Assembly (NCBI GenBank): GCA_051117555.1
Contig: JBNPEG010000006.1
Span: 37,730 to 101,729, forward strand
DNA: 64,000 nt
Direction: 5' to 3'
From: Elainellaceae cyanobacterium
GTDB taxonomy: Bacteria > Cyanobacteriota > Cyanobacteriia > CAZCXK01
The notes under the pieces were generated by a model. That model saw only the letters and a program-made list of their open reading frames with translations. It searched no databases and was not told where the DNA came from. Positions 42,336 to 52,747 of the stretch are shown here, piece by piece (position 1 is the stretch's first letter; every line of letters starts with the position of its first letter). The translations under genes and the position numbers were made by a program.

Positions 42336-43946
42336 ATGAATATGGCTGATTTTCCCTGGTTAACCATAGCCATTCTATTTCCGATTGCGGCATCACTACT
42401 GATTCCAATCATTCCAGATAAAGATGGTAAAACCATCCGCTGGTATGCGTTAACGATTGGGTTAATTGATTTTGCAATTATCTCGTATGCCTTTTACACC
42501 CAGTACGATCCGTCTAGTCCGGGTTTGCAACTGTTCGAAAGTTATGCATGGGTTCCGTCGCTGGATTTGAACTGGTCTGTTGGGGCAGACGGGCTGTCGA
42601 TGCCCTTAATTTTGCTAACGGGATTTATCACAACGCTGGCGATTCTGGCCTCTTGGCCTGTCACCCTCAAACCACGCCTGTTTTATTTCTTGATGCTGGC
42701 GATGTATGGCGGACAAATTGCGGTGTTTGCCGTCCAAGATATGTTGCTATTTTTCTTGGTGTGGGAACTTGAGCTGATCCCGGTTTATTTGTTGCTCTCG
42801 ATTTGGGGCGGAAAAAAGCGCCTCTATGCTGCAACCAAGTTTATTTTGTACACGGCTGGTGGGTCACTGTTTATTCTAGTTGCTGCGTTGGCAATGGCTT
42901 TCTATGGCGATACGGTCACGTTTGACATGCGATCGCTCATGGATAAAGACTTCCCGATTCGTTTCCAACTTCTCGCATATGCCGGCTTTTTAGTTGCGTA
43001 TGCGGTTAAATTGCCAATTTTTCCGCTTCATACCTGGCTGCCAGATGCTCATGGCGAGGCGACGGCTCCTGTCCATATGTTGCTGGCCGGGATTCTGCTC
43101 AAAATGGGCGGATATGCTCTCATCCGTATGAATATCGAAATGCTCGATGGTGCCCATACCTACTTCGCACCCGTGCTGGTTGTATTGGGGGTTGTCAACA
43201 TCATCTATGCAGCTTTGACCTCATTTGCCCAACGTAATTTGAAACGTAAAATCGCTTACTCATCAATCTCACATATGGGGTTTGTCTTGATTGGTATTGC
43301 CTCATTCACTGACTTGGGGTTGAGCGGAGCTGTCTTGCAAATGATCTCGCATGGTTTGATCGGAGCGAGTCTGTTCTTCTTGGTAGGAGCAACCTATGAC
43401 CGCACCCACACCTTGATTCTCGATGAGATGGGAGGAGTTGGGCAAAAGATGCCTAGAATTTTTGCCATGTTCACGACCTGTTCGCTCGCATCACTGGCAT
43501 TGCCAGGAATGAGCGGCTTTGTTGCTGAAGTCATGGTATTTGTTGGGTTTTCAACGAGTGACGCCTATAGCCTGACCTTTAAAGTTCTGATCGTCTTTTT
43601 AGCAGCAGTTGGTGTCATTTTGACTCCAATTTACTTGCTCTCAATGTTGCGAGAAATATTTTATGGTCCTGAAAATAAGGAACTAACATCCCATGAGGTG
43701 TTAGCCGATGCTGAACCTCGCGAGGTGTTTATCATCGCGTCGTTGCTAGTCCCCATCATTGGCATTGGGCTATATCCAAAGTTGATCACGCAAATCTATG
43801 ACGCAAAGACGGTACAGATTACTGCAATGATGAGAAACGCAGTGCCGTCTCTGTCAACCCCGGAAAAAACAGCATCGACAGATTTGTTGAGCCAGCCCGT
43901 TATGAAGGCTCCCAAAATAGAAGAGATTGAAAAGGCGTCTTCTTAG
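42336..43946 (+). CDS. ndhD: NAD(P)H-quinone oxidoreductase subunit 4 (NdhD1)
   Basis: [36 protein letters not shown]. Confidence 0.97.
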   Translation: MNMADFPWLTIAILFPIAASLLIPIIPDKDGKTIRWYALTIGLIDFAIISYAFYTQYDPSSPGLQLFESYAWVPSLDLNWSVGADGLSMPLILLTGFITTLAILASWPVTLKPRLFYFLMLAMYGGQIAVFAVQDMLLFFLVWELELIPVYLLLSIWGGKKRLYAATKFILYTAGGSLFILVAALAMAFYGDTVTFDMRSLMDKDFPIRFQLLAYAGFLVAYAVKLPIFPLHTWLPDAHGEATAPVHMLLAGILLKMGGYALIRMNIEMLDGAHTYFAPVLVVLGVVNIIYAALTSFAQRNLKRKIAYSSISHMGFVLIGIASFTDLGLSGAVLQMISHGLIGASLFFLVGATYDRTHTLILDEMGGVGQKMPRIFAMFTTCSLASLALPGMSGFVAEVMVFVGFSTSDAYSLTFKVLIVFLAAVGVILTPIYLLSMLREIFYGPENKELTSHEVLADAEPREVFIIASLLVPIIGIGLYPKLITQIYDAKTVQITAMMRNAVPSLSTPEKTASTDLLSQPVMKAPKIEEIEKASS

Positions 43947-43986
43947 GTAATGCCTATGCTTCAAATCCAGACTATAGAAACTGGGA

Positions 43987-44095
43987 TAGGGGCGGTTCGC
44001 GTAGCGCCTGCGGCATTCAAGAAACGCATAGCGTCTCCGTCAGGAAAACTCGCCCTTACCGCAGCGTTTATAGCAATGTGCAATTGCGTCAAGTA
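43987..44095. repeat. REP-like hairpin interrupted by mini-repeats, followed by a MITE end fragment
   Basis: TAGGGGCGGTTCGCG...AACTCGCCCTTAC arms surround the inserted GCATAGCGTCTCCGTCAGGA. 44069-44095 matches the reverse complement of the right end of the 59812 element. Confidence 0.55.
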
Positions 44096-44116
44096 ACGAA
44101 TTGAGCGAGCCTAATG

Positions 44117-44815
44117 CTAGGGAAACATACTCCACCGCTGGTAAAACTGTTGAACCCGGTCTTGCCACTGTTGCCAGTAGTGTTTAAGTGTGTCTGGATC
44201 AAACCAAAAAATTTCAGCCGCTTGTCCGGGCAAGGCGACGCTAAGTAAGGCATGAGAAAGACTCAGCCCGTGGTCGCTGTAAACATGATTGACTGCACCG
44301 CAATAGGCAGCGAGCTGTAACGGACCGTCATAGAGGCGCTCGATTGATTCTTTAGGGCGATCGCTCGTTTTCCAGTCAAAAACGCATGGAATGCCCTGAT
44401 AGCTCGCCACACAATCAACCTTACCCGCATAGCCCAAATCATAGTGAAACACTGTACTCTCGACCAGCCGAACATCTTGAATTTCGGCTAATACAGGCTG
44501 AAGACTGTCCCAATAGGGTTGGGCTGGTTCTGGGCAATCACAAACCTTGCCGAGCAAATACTGCTTAATCTGGCGATGGGTTTGAGTTCCTCGTCGGCTG
44601 GCAGTCGTCGCAATGCGACTTGCTTCAGCCGTGCCAACGCGTTCTCGCCAGCGTGCTAACGATTCTCGATCAGCTTGCGGCTTAGTCGCATTGAGAATCG
44701 TTGTCACACTGGGTAGCCGTCTCCCCTCAGAGTCGACAAAATAGCGCCCACCGGCGTGGCGAGTAGATTTGCCCGATACGGTGGGCAAGAGATGAATGCG
44801 GTGATTAATATCCAA
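44117..44815 (-). CDS. PD-(D/E)XK exonuclease (MGME1/phage exonuclease-like)
   Basis: LPSVTTIL, RGTQTH, E...YAGKVDC, DWKTS, QLAAY. Confidence 0.8.
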   Translation of the reverse strand: MDINHRIHLLPTVSGKSTRHAGGRYFVDSEGRRLPSVTTILNATKPQADRESLARWRERVGTAEASRIATTASRRGTQTHRQIKQYLLGKVCDCPEPAQPYWDSLQPVLAEIQDVRLVESTVFHYDLGYAGKVDCVASYQGIPCVFDWKTSDRPKESIERLYDGPLQLAAYCGAVNHVYSDHGLSLSHALLSVALPGQAAEIFWFDPDTLKHYWQQWQDRVQQFYQRWSMFP

Positions 44816-44845
44816 TCGTTAATGGGTGTCCCTAAGATAGTTTGC

Positions 44846-45697
44846 TTACACAGCCCCGTGAAATACTCGTTCTGCAGAACCGGTCATATACAAACGCTGA
44901 TCGGTATCAGACCATTCAATATGCAGACATCCACCCGGAAGTTCAATTGTGGCACGGCGATCGCACCGATTCGTTAACACTCCTGCTACTAACGAGGCAC
45001 AGGCTCCAGTGCCACAGGCCAGAGTTGCCCCAGCTCCCCTCTCCCAAACGCGCATCTTTAGATAATCTCGACTCACGACCTGAATGAATTCTGTATTGGT
45101 TCGTTTGGGAAAAGCACAATGATGTTCAAATTGAGGACCGATACCAGCCAGAGGAACTGCCTCCATATCCTCTACAAACGTAATGCAATGCGGATTTCCC
45201 ATGCTGACGCAGGTGATATCCCAGGTTTGTCCGTCAACCTCAATGGATTGATCAATCACCTTTGCGTCGGCGGCAGCTAGGGTTGTCGGAATCTCAGCCG
45301 CTAGCAATCGGGGTAATCCCATATCTACAGTGACCTCACCACTCGCTTCCAGCGTTGGCATCATTAGACCGCCGAGCGTATGAATTCGATAGGTCGTTTT
45401 AGCTGATTGGCTGCTTCGATCGCGTGTTTCTAAATCTGCTAAAAATCGGGCTAAGCATCGAATCCCATTCCCACACATTTCGGGTTCTGAGCCATCCGAG
45501 TTGAAAATTCGCATCGTGTAGTCAGTGCCCTGCTGCCCTGGTAGAGCAAAGATAACACCGTCAGCACCGATCCCAAAATGGCGATCGCACCATTGAATGG
45601 CTTGGTCAGGAGTTAAGCGCGGTTCACTATGGTTTCGATTGTCAATCAAAATGAAATCGTTACCCAAGCCGTGATATTTCGTAAACTCAATGGTCAT
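44846..45697 (-). CDS. dapF: Diaminopimelate epimerase
   Basis: [25 protein letters not shown] and [13 protein letters not shown] motifs; likely ATG at 45697. Confidence 0.97.
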   Translation of the reverse strand: MTIEFTKYHGLGNDFILIDNRNHSEPRLTPDQAIQWCDRHFGIGADGVIFALPGQQGTDYTMRIFNSDGSEPEMCGNGIRCLARFLADLETRDRSSQSAKTTYRIHTLGGLMMPTLEASGEVTVDMGLPRLLAAEIPTTLAAADAKVIDQSIEVDGQTWDITCVSMGNPHCITFVEDMEAVPLAGIGPQFEHHCAFPKRTNTEFIQVVSRDYLKMRVWERGAGATLACGTGACASLVAGVLTNRCDRRATIELPGGCLHIEWSDTDQRLYMTGSAERVFHGAV

Positions 45698-45878
45698 AAA
45701 TAGTCCCTTTTCTAACCTCGTGACTACTGTGAGCAATACGTCTCTAAAATCATCCTTCGAATCGGCATCGCCAACTTGGGATTACTGTAGACTGAACCTG
45801 TCATATCAATGACAATAAGGCAATGAGAATAATAGGCAATGATAAGAGGCAATACCCATTGAAGGGAGGAGGATCGCT

Positions 45879-46094
45879 ATGTCCGCAGAACTTGAAACTG
45901 GATTGCCAAGCATTCGACAAATTCAAACCTTCATTCGAGAGGCACGAGAAGTCGAACTGAAGCTAAGTACCGATGACTTACTGGTGGGCAAAATCAGTTG
46001 GCAAGATTCTTACTGCCTTTGCTTAGTCGATCAATACGATCAACCCACCATTGTCTGGCGACAAGCCATTGTGTACTTAAAACCTAAATTTTAA
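45879..46094 (+). CDS. hfq: Cyanobacterial Hfq homologue
   Basis: 71 aa, TGLPSIRQIQ...GKISWQD...IVWRQAIVYLKP, with GGAGG RBS. Confidence 0.9.
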   Translation: MSAELETGLPSIRQIQTFIREAREVELKLSTDDLLVGKISWQDSYCLCLVDQYDQPTIVWRQAIVYLKPKF

Positions 46095-46110
46095 TGCAAC
46101 TCATCCTTAA

Positions 46111-46202
46111 TATAGCGATCCTAAATCGCTTGGGAATTGTGTGTGAGCGGTGGGGCGGTCGGCGACCGCCCCACCGCTCACAACCCATCTGGGATTGCTA
46201 TA
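46111..46202. mobile_element. TATAGC MITE, subfamily A
   Basis: TATAGCGATCC...GGATTGCTATA ends with a perfect 19-bp hairpin. Confidence 0.85.
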
Positions 46203-46294
46203 TGCCCCGGACTACTAACAGGAACCTGGAATAAGGTTGGTGGGTCGGTTCTCTCAGCGCAGTCTCGGAGCCTGGCAATACACTGCGCCACGAC

Positions 46295-47365
46295 GTGTTG
46301 GATTCGACCTTGGCTATGAAAATGATTGCCTTCCATTCCAAAAGTTTGGCCAGGCGCCCAGTGTTCTCACCATCTCTGCAATGTTTTGCGCTGCCTATGA
46401 TTGCCTTACTCAGACTTCAAATAAAATCAACGTCGCTGCGTCAACAACGGAGTATTAGCGTTAAGACTCTCTTAAACCCTAAACAATTCTTCAATAGCGC
46501 CCGAGCATCCTTAAGTATGCCTAAGCTGGCGATCGCGCTCATTACGAGTATGGCGGCACTTTCATTGCCCGCTAAAGCGCTGGAGGTGCAAATTCTTCCT
46601 GACGATCCTCAACTGGGAGATACGCTATCTATCCGGGTTCAAACTGAGACGCCAGGGGTAGAACCGCCAGTGGTTGTGATGAATCAGCAAAACTATCCCA
46701 CCTTCCCGCTCGGAGGCAATCAATATCGAGCCCTGCTGCCCACCACTCCACTCGACCGAGCGGGGCGAGTCGAAATTGATGTAATGGGAGAGGGAGATGT
46801 TCGCCATCTTGCCGTTTGGTTGCGCGATCGCTCCTTTCCGACTCAACGAATTTGGCTACCCCCCGATCGAGCCGGACTAGAAGGAACTGATTTTGAATTT
46901 GATCAGGTTGCCGAATTCAAAACGCTGGTGACCCCTGATCGGTTTTGGACTGGATCGTTTCTTCGACCCACTGGAGGGCGCGTCAGCACCATCTATGGGG
47001 TTCGTCGATATTACAACGGTGAGTTTGCACACGATTACTATCATCGAGGCGTAGATTATGCCGGAGGGCAAGGCTCACCCGTGGTCGCGCCTGCAGCGGG
47101 TCGAATTGCCCTAGTCGGGCTAGAATCTCAGGGATTTCGAATTCACGGAAACACAATTGGAATTGATCATGGTCAGGGAGTTTTGAGCATTTTTCTGCAT
47201 CTCAGCCGCATTGACGTTCGCGGAGGTGATATGGTTCGAGCCGGACAGGTGATTGGCGCAATTGGGTCAACCGGAATCTCCACTGGCCCTCATCTGCATT
47301 GGGGGATTTACGTTCATGGTATGGCTGTGGACCCAGTCCCATGGCGCTATGAAAACATTGAATGA
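46295..47365 (+). CDS. M23 family metallopeptidase
   Basis: HRGVD and STGPHLH motifs. The true start may be ATG 46517 (signal peptide MPKLAIAL...AKA). Confidence 0.9.
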   Translation: MLDSTLAMKMIAFHSKSLARRPVFSPSLQCFALPMIALLRLQIKSTSLRQQRSISVKTLLNPKQFFNSARASLSMPKLAIALITSMAALSLPAKALEVQILPDDPQLGDTLSIRVQTETPGVEPPVVVMNQQNYPTFPLGGNQYRALLPTTPLDRAGRVEIDVMGEGDVRHLAVWLRDRSFPTQRIWLPPDRAGLEGTDFEFDQVAEFKTLVTPDRFWTGSFLRPTGGRVSTIYGVRRYYNGEFAHDYYHRGVDYAGGQGSPVVAPAAGRIALVGLESQGFRIHGNTIGIDHGQGVLSIFLHLSRIDVRGGDMVRAGQVIGAIGSTGISTGPHLHWGIYVHGMAVDPVPWRYENIE

Positions 47366-47500
47366 TTCTTGAAATCTCTATAAATTTCGATATCATTCTG
47401 CGGGTGTATCGTGCAATTCAAAAATTCTTGGGCAAACTAATCCAAGACGACACTAATCTCTCCTGTCAATTCAACTGGCACCCGACCCGAAGGATATGTT

Positions 47501-48082
47501 ATGAGCATTGAAAGAATTGTTGAACAAGCGCTACAAGATGGCTATTTAACGCCGGCAATGGAATCTGAGGTAGGGCGTATCTGTGACACCGCATCTGAAC
47601 TCTCCATGGAAGAATATATGGCGCTTGATCGCTTGATGGGCGCCTTACTCACTGGAGAAGTTGTCGCGGTTCCGCGCAAGCAGTTTATCAATGTGATGGA
47701 AGAACTCGTGCTCACCGAGGCGATCGCCCGCGTCGCTGACATTGAGGCAACTAGCGATTGCACGCTGGACCTCGGAGACATTGCGGCTTATGCCTTAAAT
47801 CGCTTGCCGCCCCTCTACGCCACCACCGAAGAAGGAGCAGATTATCAGCGGGAACGCGCTAAAGATGATTTATGTGAAATGATTGCCCAGAAGGTGGCAG
47901 AGGCGATCGCCCGCAATCTTGATCAACCCGAATTCTTTCCTGAGCGGCAAGCGATTGGTAAAGGAAAAGGAGACGATGTGCTCAACCAGGTGAGCTCACT
48001 GCTTCAAACCTATGCCCATAAATTTGACGTCGAATCTGCTTCCAACCCAGGCTCGGCTGAGACGAGTTCTGGCATAGGCTAA
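47501..48082 (+). CDS. ComFB-domain protein (CdgR-like cyclic dinucleotide receptor)
   Basis: NVMEELV...DIAAYALNRLPPLYAT ComFB signature, with a cyanobacterial N-terminal extension. Confidence 0.85.
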   Translation: MSIERIVEQALQDGYLTPAMESEVGRICDTASELSMEEYMALDRLMGALLTGEVVAVPRKQFINVMEELVLTEAIARVADIEATSDCTLDLGDIAAYALNRLPPLYATTEEGADYQRERAKDDLCEMIAQKVAEAIARNLDQPEFFPERQAIGKGKGDDVLNQVSSLLQTYAHKFDVESASNPGSAETSSGIG

Positions 48083-48107
48083 TTCGGCTTAAGAGGCTCT
48101 ATAGCAC

Positions 48108-48932
48108 TTACTGCCGTACAATCACTGGCGTTCCGACTTCAACTAAATTATAAATCTCTTCAATATCATCATTGTGCATCCGTACGCATCCATGAGAGAC
48201 GGCCTGACCAATTAAGTCAGACTGGTTAGTGCCGTGAAACCCAATTTTGTTCCGCCCGTTTGACCAAAACCCAATCCAATGAGAGCCAAGAGGATTGCGG
48301 GGGCCGGGCGGAATAACTTCATTGGTAATCGGATGTTGCCAACTTGGATTAAGCCGCTTCTCAATAACGCCAAATTCCCCCATCGGAGTTTCCCATCCGG
48401 CTTTGCCAACGGCAATCGAGTAGCTCGTCTTGATTTGCCCTCTTTGATAGGCATGAACCTGGCGATCGCTCAGATCGATCACCAGGTGAGGATTATCCAA
48501 TGTATCTAAAGCTAAGAGTGGAGACATCGTATCGTGAAGTAACGGGTTTACAACCGCCCATGTGCTTGTCACGGGTGACGATACGAAGCGAATTGCCTCG
48601 GTTGCATGAATTGAAGGCGACTGGGATGAGTCTGAATTCTCAGGCTGGCGAGTCGGCATCGCTGCATCTAGCAATGAGGCATCAGGCTGATCGCTGGGAG
48701 ATAGGTGAGAAGGTTGATTGGCAGACCGTCGTTCCGTGAGATTGGAGGCGATCGCCACCGATGAATCAACTCGCTCGTGACGAGATTCGGGCCTTGATGC
48801 GGGCAAGGCCAAATCTTGGGCAATCTGTTGCTCGTTTGATGACTTAGATTGAAGCTGGACAGACAGAACCAATGCTGCTGCCGTAAAGCTTAGCAACATG
48901 AAACTCTGAGAAAGTGATTCACCCCGTTCCAT
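48108..48932 (-). CDS. L,D-transpeptidase (YkuD) family protein
   Basis: AVGKAGWETP, NPLG, IGFHGT, SHGCVRM. Confidence 0.92.
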   Translation of the reverse strand: MERGESLSQSFMLLSFTAAALVLSVQLQSKSSNEQQIAQDLALPASRPESRHERVDSSVAIASNLTERRSANQPSHLSPSDQPDASLLDAAMPTRQPENSDSSQSPSIHATEAIRFVSSPVTSTWAVVNPLLHDTMSPLLALDTLDNPHLVIDLSDRQVHAYQRGQIKTSYSIAVGKAGWETPMGEFGVIEKRLNPSWQHPITNEVIPPGPRNPLGSHWIGFWSNGRNKIGFHGTNQSDLIGQAVSHGCVRMHNDDIEEIYNLVEVGTPVIVRQ

Positions 48933-48961
48933 GGTTTGCCGTAATTAGGATAAGAACGCCA

Positions 48962-50458
48962 TCAGGATGATTGTTCAGAAACATCGAACCAGACCTCATC
49001 CGTACCTTGGTGAATGGTTTTTACCCACTTCAACCGCTTAGGACGAATAGAAATCCGTGCTGTTGTGCTAGCGATGACTGGAAACCAGTGCAGCATATAT
49101 AGGATGCCGACAATGCTTTGTAAGAGCGTAACTAAATGCACTGACGCCGTCCGGGCACCGGGCGTTCCGTTTGGCAAGACCTGACCTGTCACTGAATCGA
49201 TTGTCTGTTTCTGAATGCGCCGTAACCCTAAATACATACCGATGAGGGATACCGTAAGATTCAAGCTCGTAATAGGAATCAAGACGGGAGGATGACTTCG
49301 AATAATCGACATTAAACAATCAGGAACAGCCGCCGTCGGAACAACGTATTGAACCAGATAAAACACGCCTAGGTCGAGCGTTTTACGAGGGCCAAGACGT
49401 TTCAGACGAATGAGCCGCCAATAGTCTAAATATCGTTGATATCCACCTTCTGCCCAACGATTACGCTGGTGCCATAGTCCGGAGACTCGGGTGACCCCTT
49501 CTTCACCGACGGCTGGAAATTCTAAGAAATCAATATCCCACTGGTTGAGATGCAGGCGCAGCGTTAGGTCTAAATCATCGGTGATGGTGGCTTCATTCCA
49601 ACCGCCGCAATGCTCTAGCGCAGACCTCCGAACAAACTGCCCATTTCCACGCAGTTCGCCAATTCCTCCAATGGCGATACGTTGTCGTTGAAAAAAGCTA
49701 TCGATCGCCATCTCTGCAGCCTGACAGCGAGTCAGCCAATTCGTCGATGCGTTCGAGGTCGCCTTCCTCACTTGCACGGCTCCGACCTGTTCTCGATCAA
49801 AAAGAGGCAATACTCGGCGAATTAAGTCTTTAGGCACCTGCGCATCTGCATCAAATACGGCGACAATATCGCCTTGAGTGATGGGCCAGACCTGATTGAG
49901 TGCACCCGATTTTCCCCCACCAGCATCCGCTGAGCGATGAATAACGTGGAGGTTGGGATATTCAGTTGCAAGTCGATCAAGCAGAATTGGTGTGCGATCG
50001 GTACTGTGATCGTCAATAATCCAAAGATCGTATCGGCTTGTCGGATAGTCTAAATTACATAAATCTCGAACCAGTGAACGAATCACCGCTTCTTCATTCT
50101 TGGCAGCCACAATCAAGGAAACGTATGCCCACTCTTCAGGATTGCCGTCAGATAGGGGATCTGGAGTTGGGATGGGATGAGCCATCAGGACTCGTAGGAC
50201 ATGAATCCCCATGAGGGTTGTTAGTCCAAGAACGAGCCAGTACCCGCCTGAGAATAAATGAAGCGCTATCGTACTACTCCAAACGAGGGTCAATGTCATA
50301 GCCGCTTTGCGACGTCGCCCCAATAATCCTCGAAAGAAGGAATGTTCTGAATAATCTGGTGCAGGCTCAGGTGTTAATACCTGAGAGAAATCTTCAGTAG
50401 ATGGCTCACCATCTGCTTCATCTGCGGAATGATTATTGAGCCAGGAATTCTCCTGCAT
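48962..50458 (-). CDS. mgdA: GT2 glycosyltransferase, monoglucosyldiacylglycerol synthase-like
   Basis: GRRRKAA N-terminal TMs, DD, GKSGALN, FDAD, TDDLD and QRNRW motifs. Confidence 0.82.
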   Translation of the reverse strand: MQENSWLNNHSADEADGEPSTEDFSQVLTPEPAPDYSEHSFFRGLLGRRRKAAMTLTLVWSSTIALHLFSGGYWLVLGLTTLMGIHVLRVLMAHPIPTPDPLSDGNPEEWAYVSLIVAAKNEEAVIRSLVRDLCNLDYPTSRYDLWIIDDHSTDRTPILLDRLATEYPNLHVIHRSADAGGGKSGALNQVWPITQGDIVAVFDADAQVPKDLIRRVLPLFDREQVGAVQVRKATSNASTNWLTRCQAAEMAIDSFFQRQRIAIGGIGELRGNGQFVRRSALEHCGGWNEATITDDLDLTLRLHLNQWDIDFLEFPAVGEEGVTRVSGLWHQRNRWAEGGYQRYLDYWRLIRLKRLGPRKTLDLGVFYLVQYVVPTAAVPDCLMSIIRSHPPVLIPITSLNLTVSLIGMYLGLRRIQKQTIDSVTGQVLPNGTPGARTASVHLVTLLQSIVGILYMLHWFPVIASTTARISIRPKRLKWVKTIHQGTDEVWFDVSEQSS

Positions 50459-50894
50459 AAGCTTTGATTAAACTATCGACTAACAACGGTTTTTTATATA
50501 CGGCGGTGTCCGCCCCTAGACCTGTCATTCTTCCGAAGAAAAGCAGCAGTCTCTGAGATAGAGATGGATTCGATTCAGATTGAGGGGAGTGTCTGATAGG
50601 GACGGCTCATATAAATATATTGGGCGGTAAAAATTGTGGATAATAAACAAGCTTAAAGTCGATGCTGGGCGATCGCAGCGCTCCTGTGTCAAGCATCTAG
50701 TGACCATCCTGGAAGGTCTGCCCTAGGAGGGCATTGCGATTTGGAATACTCCCCAATAAGGGCTGTAATGAGAATAGCACCAGGAACTCTGTTTGCTGAT
50801 ATGAGGCTTTTTTAGATCATCCACTGCTCTAAATACTGCTCTAATGATTTCCTTAGTCTGCCCTATTGTATCGAAAATTTACGTAATCATTTCT

Positions 50895-51917
50895 TTAGAA
50901 TCTAGATAAATCATGATGGCTTAGACTCAGGGCAATGCTGGAAAGCCCTAACCAAAGCAAAAAGCTATATCGAGTGAACCAAATTGCTCGATCAATCTGG
51001 ATTTCACCTATGGATGTGACTGCATTGCCCAACAGCGGTTTGTGTTTAGCCAATCCTTTATACCAGTTTGTACCACCGACTTGAACATCTAATGCTGCGG
51101 CATAGGCGCATTCGCTCCAGCCCGCGTTAGGACTCGAATCATGGGGAGCATCTCGCTGACACAGCGCTAACACATGTCTCGGCTTTTTGGATAAGAGGGC
51201 AATGGTTAAAACTGCTAATCTGCACGGTAGCCAGGTTAGACCATCCTCTAACCGAGCGCTAAACCAGCCAATGTGAGTATACGGCTTGCGATAGTACCCC
51301 ACACTCGAATCTAGAGTGCTTGCGGCTTTATAGGCAAGAGCGACGGGCGCGCTACCCATGGGAGTGAACGCTCCTAGAATTGCATAAAACAGTGGAGCCA
51401 TCACGCCATCTACTGCATTTTCAGTCACCGTCTCAAAGACAGCTCTTAACACTTCGGGTTCGTCAAGATTATGGGTATCTCGCCCAACATATAGACTCAG
51501 TTTGGAACGAGCCGCATTTAAGTCATTGTTTTGCATTGGGCTAAGAACATCTGAGGCTGCATCTCTGAGGCTTCGCCCCGCAAAACAACTTGCCACGAGA
51601 ATGCTGGCGATCGCCATTTTCACAAGCGGATGAATGAACGTCGCGATCCAGATAATCAGCCATCCGGCAAATCCGCTGCCGCCGATGATTAGTAATCCAA
51701 GGATCACTCCCATTACTCGTTGAGCCGAGGGAGAGTGCATATGCTGAAGCACGAATTGAGTATATCGGTTGATGCACCAACCTATGACTTGAACCGGATG
51801 CAGCCAATTCCAGGGATCACCGATCCAATAATCAAGTAACGCTGCGATCGCCAAGATGATGATCTGGGCATCGAAGGAGAAAGGCAACTCAGTCGCAAAT
51901 AATGAGATTATTTCCAA
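50895..51917 (-). CDS. cbiB: Adenosylcobinamide-phosphate synthase CbiB/CobD
   Basis: GDP..WLHPV, VGRDT, ENAVDG, STLDSSVGY, SPNAGWSE. Confidence 0.93.
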   Translation of the reverse strand: MEIISLFATELPFSFDAQIIILAIAALLDYWIGDPWNWLHPVQVIGWCINRYTQFVLQHMHSPSAQRVMGVILGLLIIGGSGFAGWLIIWIATFIHPLVKMAIASILVASCFAGRSLRDAASDVLSPMQNNDLNAARSKLSLYVGRDTHNLDEPEVLRAVFETVTENAVDGVMAPLFYAILGAFTPMGSAPVALAYKAASTLDSSVGYYRKPYTHIGWFSARLEDGLTWLPCRLAVLTIALLSKKPRHVLALCQRDAPHDSSPNAGWSECAYAAALDVQVGGTNWYKGLAKHKPLLGNAVTSIGEIQIDRAIWFTRYSFLLWLGLSSIALSLSHHDLSRF

Positions 51918-51964
51918 TCGGTTTTGACTTGTTTTGGCACGTAGACAAGCATATCTTGACTCAG

Positions 51965-52648
51965 TCAGCTTCCAGATTCAGTGCTTTGTTGTTCAAGTTT
52001 CTGCCCGATCCTGGGTTCTGTTCCAGCCAATATTCGTTGAATATTAGTGCGGTGCCTCCAGACAATATATAAGGCAGCAGCAAATCCAAAGAGTTGAAAG
52101 GGAAGAGGCTGATTCATCGCCAGCATCATCAATGGGACTGAGATCGACGTCATAATTGAACTTAAAGAGACGATTCGAGATGCGGCAATCACAATGCTAA
52201 AGATGAGAATCGACCCTAGCGCAGCGGGCAAATGCATAGCAAGCAAGATACCTAAGCCTGATGCGACTGATTTACCGCCGCTAAATCCTAGCCAAATTGA
52301 TCGGCTATGGCCTACCAACGCAGCAAGCGCCGCAACGGTGACAACCCACGGGACCCACGTGGTCGTCATCAATGAGTCAGGAACCGCTACCATCGGCAAT
52401 GTGTAGAGCCAGCGCGTTAGAACAACGGTCAAAGCGCCTTTCAAAATGTCGATCAGCAGAACAGTCAATGCAGGAACTTTACCGAGAGTTCTCAAAACAT
52501 TGGTAGCACCTGTTGATCCAGACCCGTATTGCCGAATATCAATGCCTTTTAAAAGCCGACCCATGAGATAGCCTGTGGGAACTGCTCCCAGCAGATAGCC
52601 CCCTACCAGCGCGACTATGACCCAAGCAACCCAAGACGATCCCGCCAT
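51965..52648 (-). CDS. plsY: Glycerol-3-phosphate 1-O-acyltransferase
   Basis: YLLGAVPTG, GSGSTGATN, GGKSVA, RHRTNI.R...GTE. Confidence 0.96.
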   Translation of the reverse strand: MAGSSWVAWVIVALVGGYLLGAVPTGYLMGRLLKGIDIRQYGSGSTGATNVLRTLGKVPALTVLLIDILKGALTVVLTRWLYTLPMVAVPDSLMTTTWVPWVVTVAALAALVGHSRSIWLGFSGGKSVASGLGILLAMHLPAALGSILIFSIVIAASRIVSLSSIMTSISVPLMMLAMNQPLPFQLFGFAAALYIVWRHRTNIQRILAGTEPRIGQKLEQQSTESGS

Positions 52649-52747
52649 GCTCTACTCAACTCTTCACTCGAAGCAGTATCAGTTTACACTGTTGCCACCT
52701 CTTTTTCTCTGCTTTTAACGAGAGTTGAATTTGCTTAAGACGTTGTA

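Noticed and set aside
46137..46319. 60-aa ORF after hfq
   Set aside because: It starts within the MITE hairpin and has no protein-like features.
51918..51964. Cobalamin riboswitch ahead of cbiB
   Set aside because: Only 47 bp separate it from plsY, and there is no B12-box.
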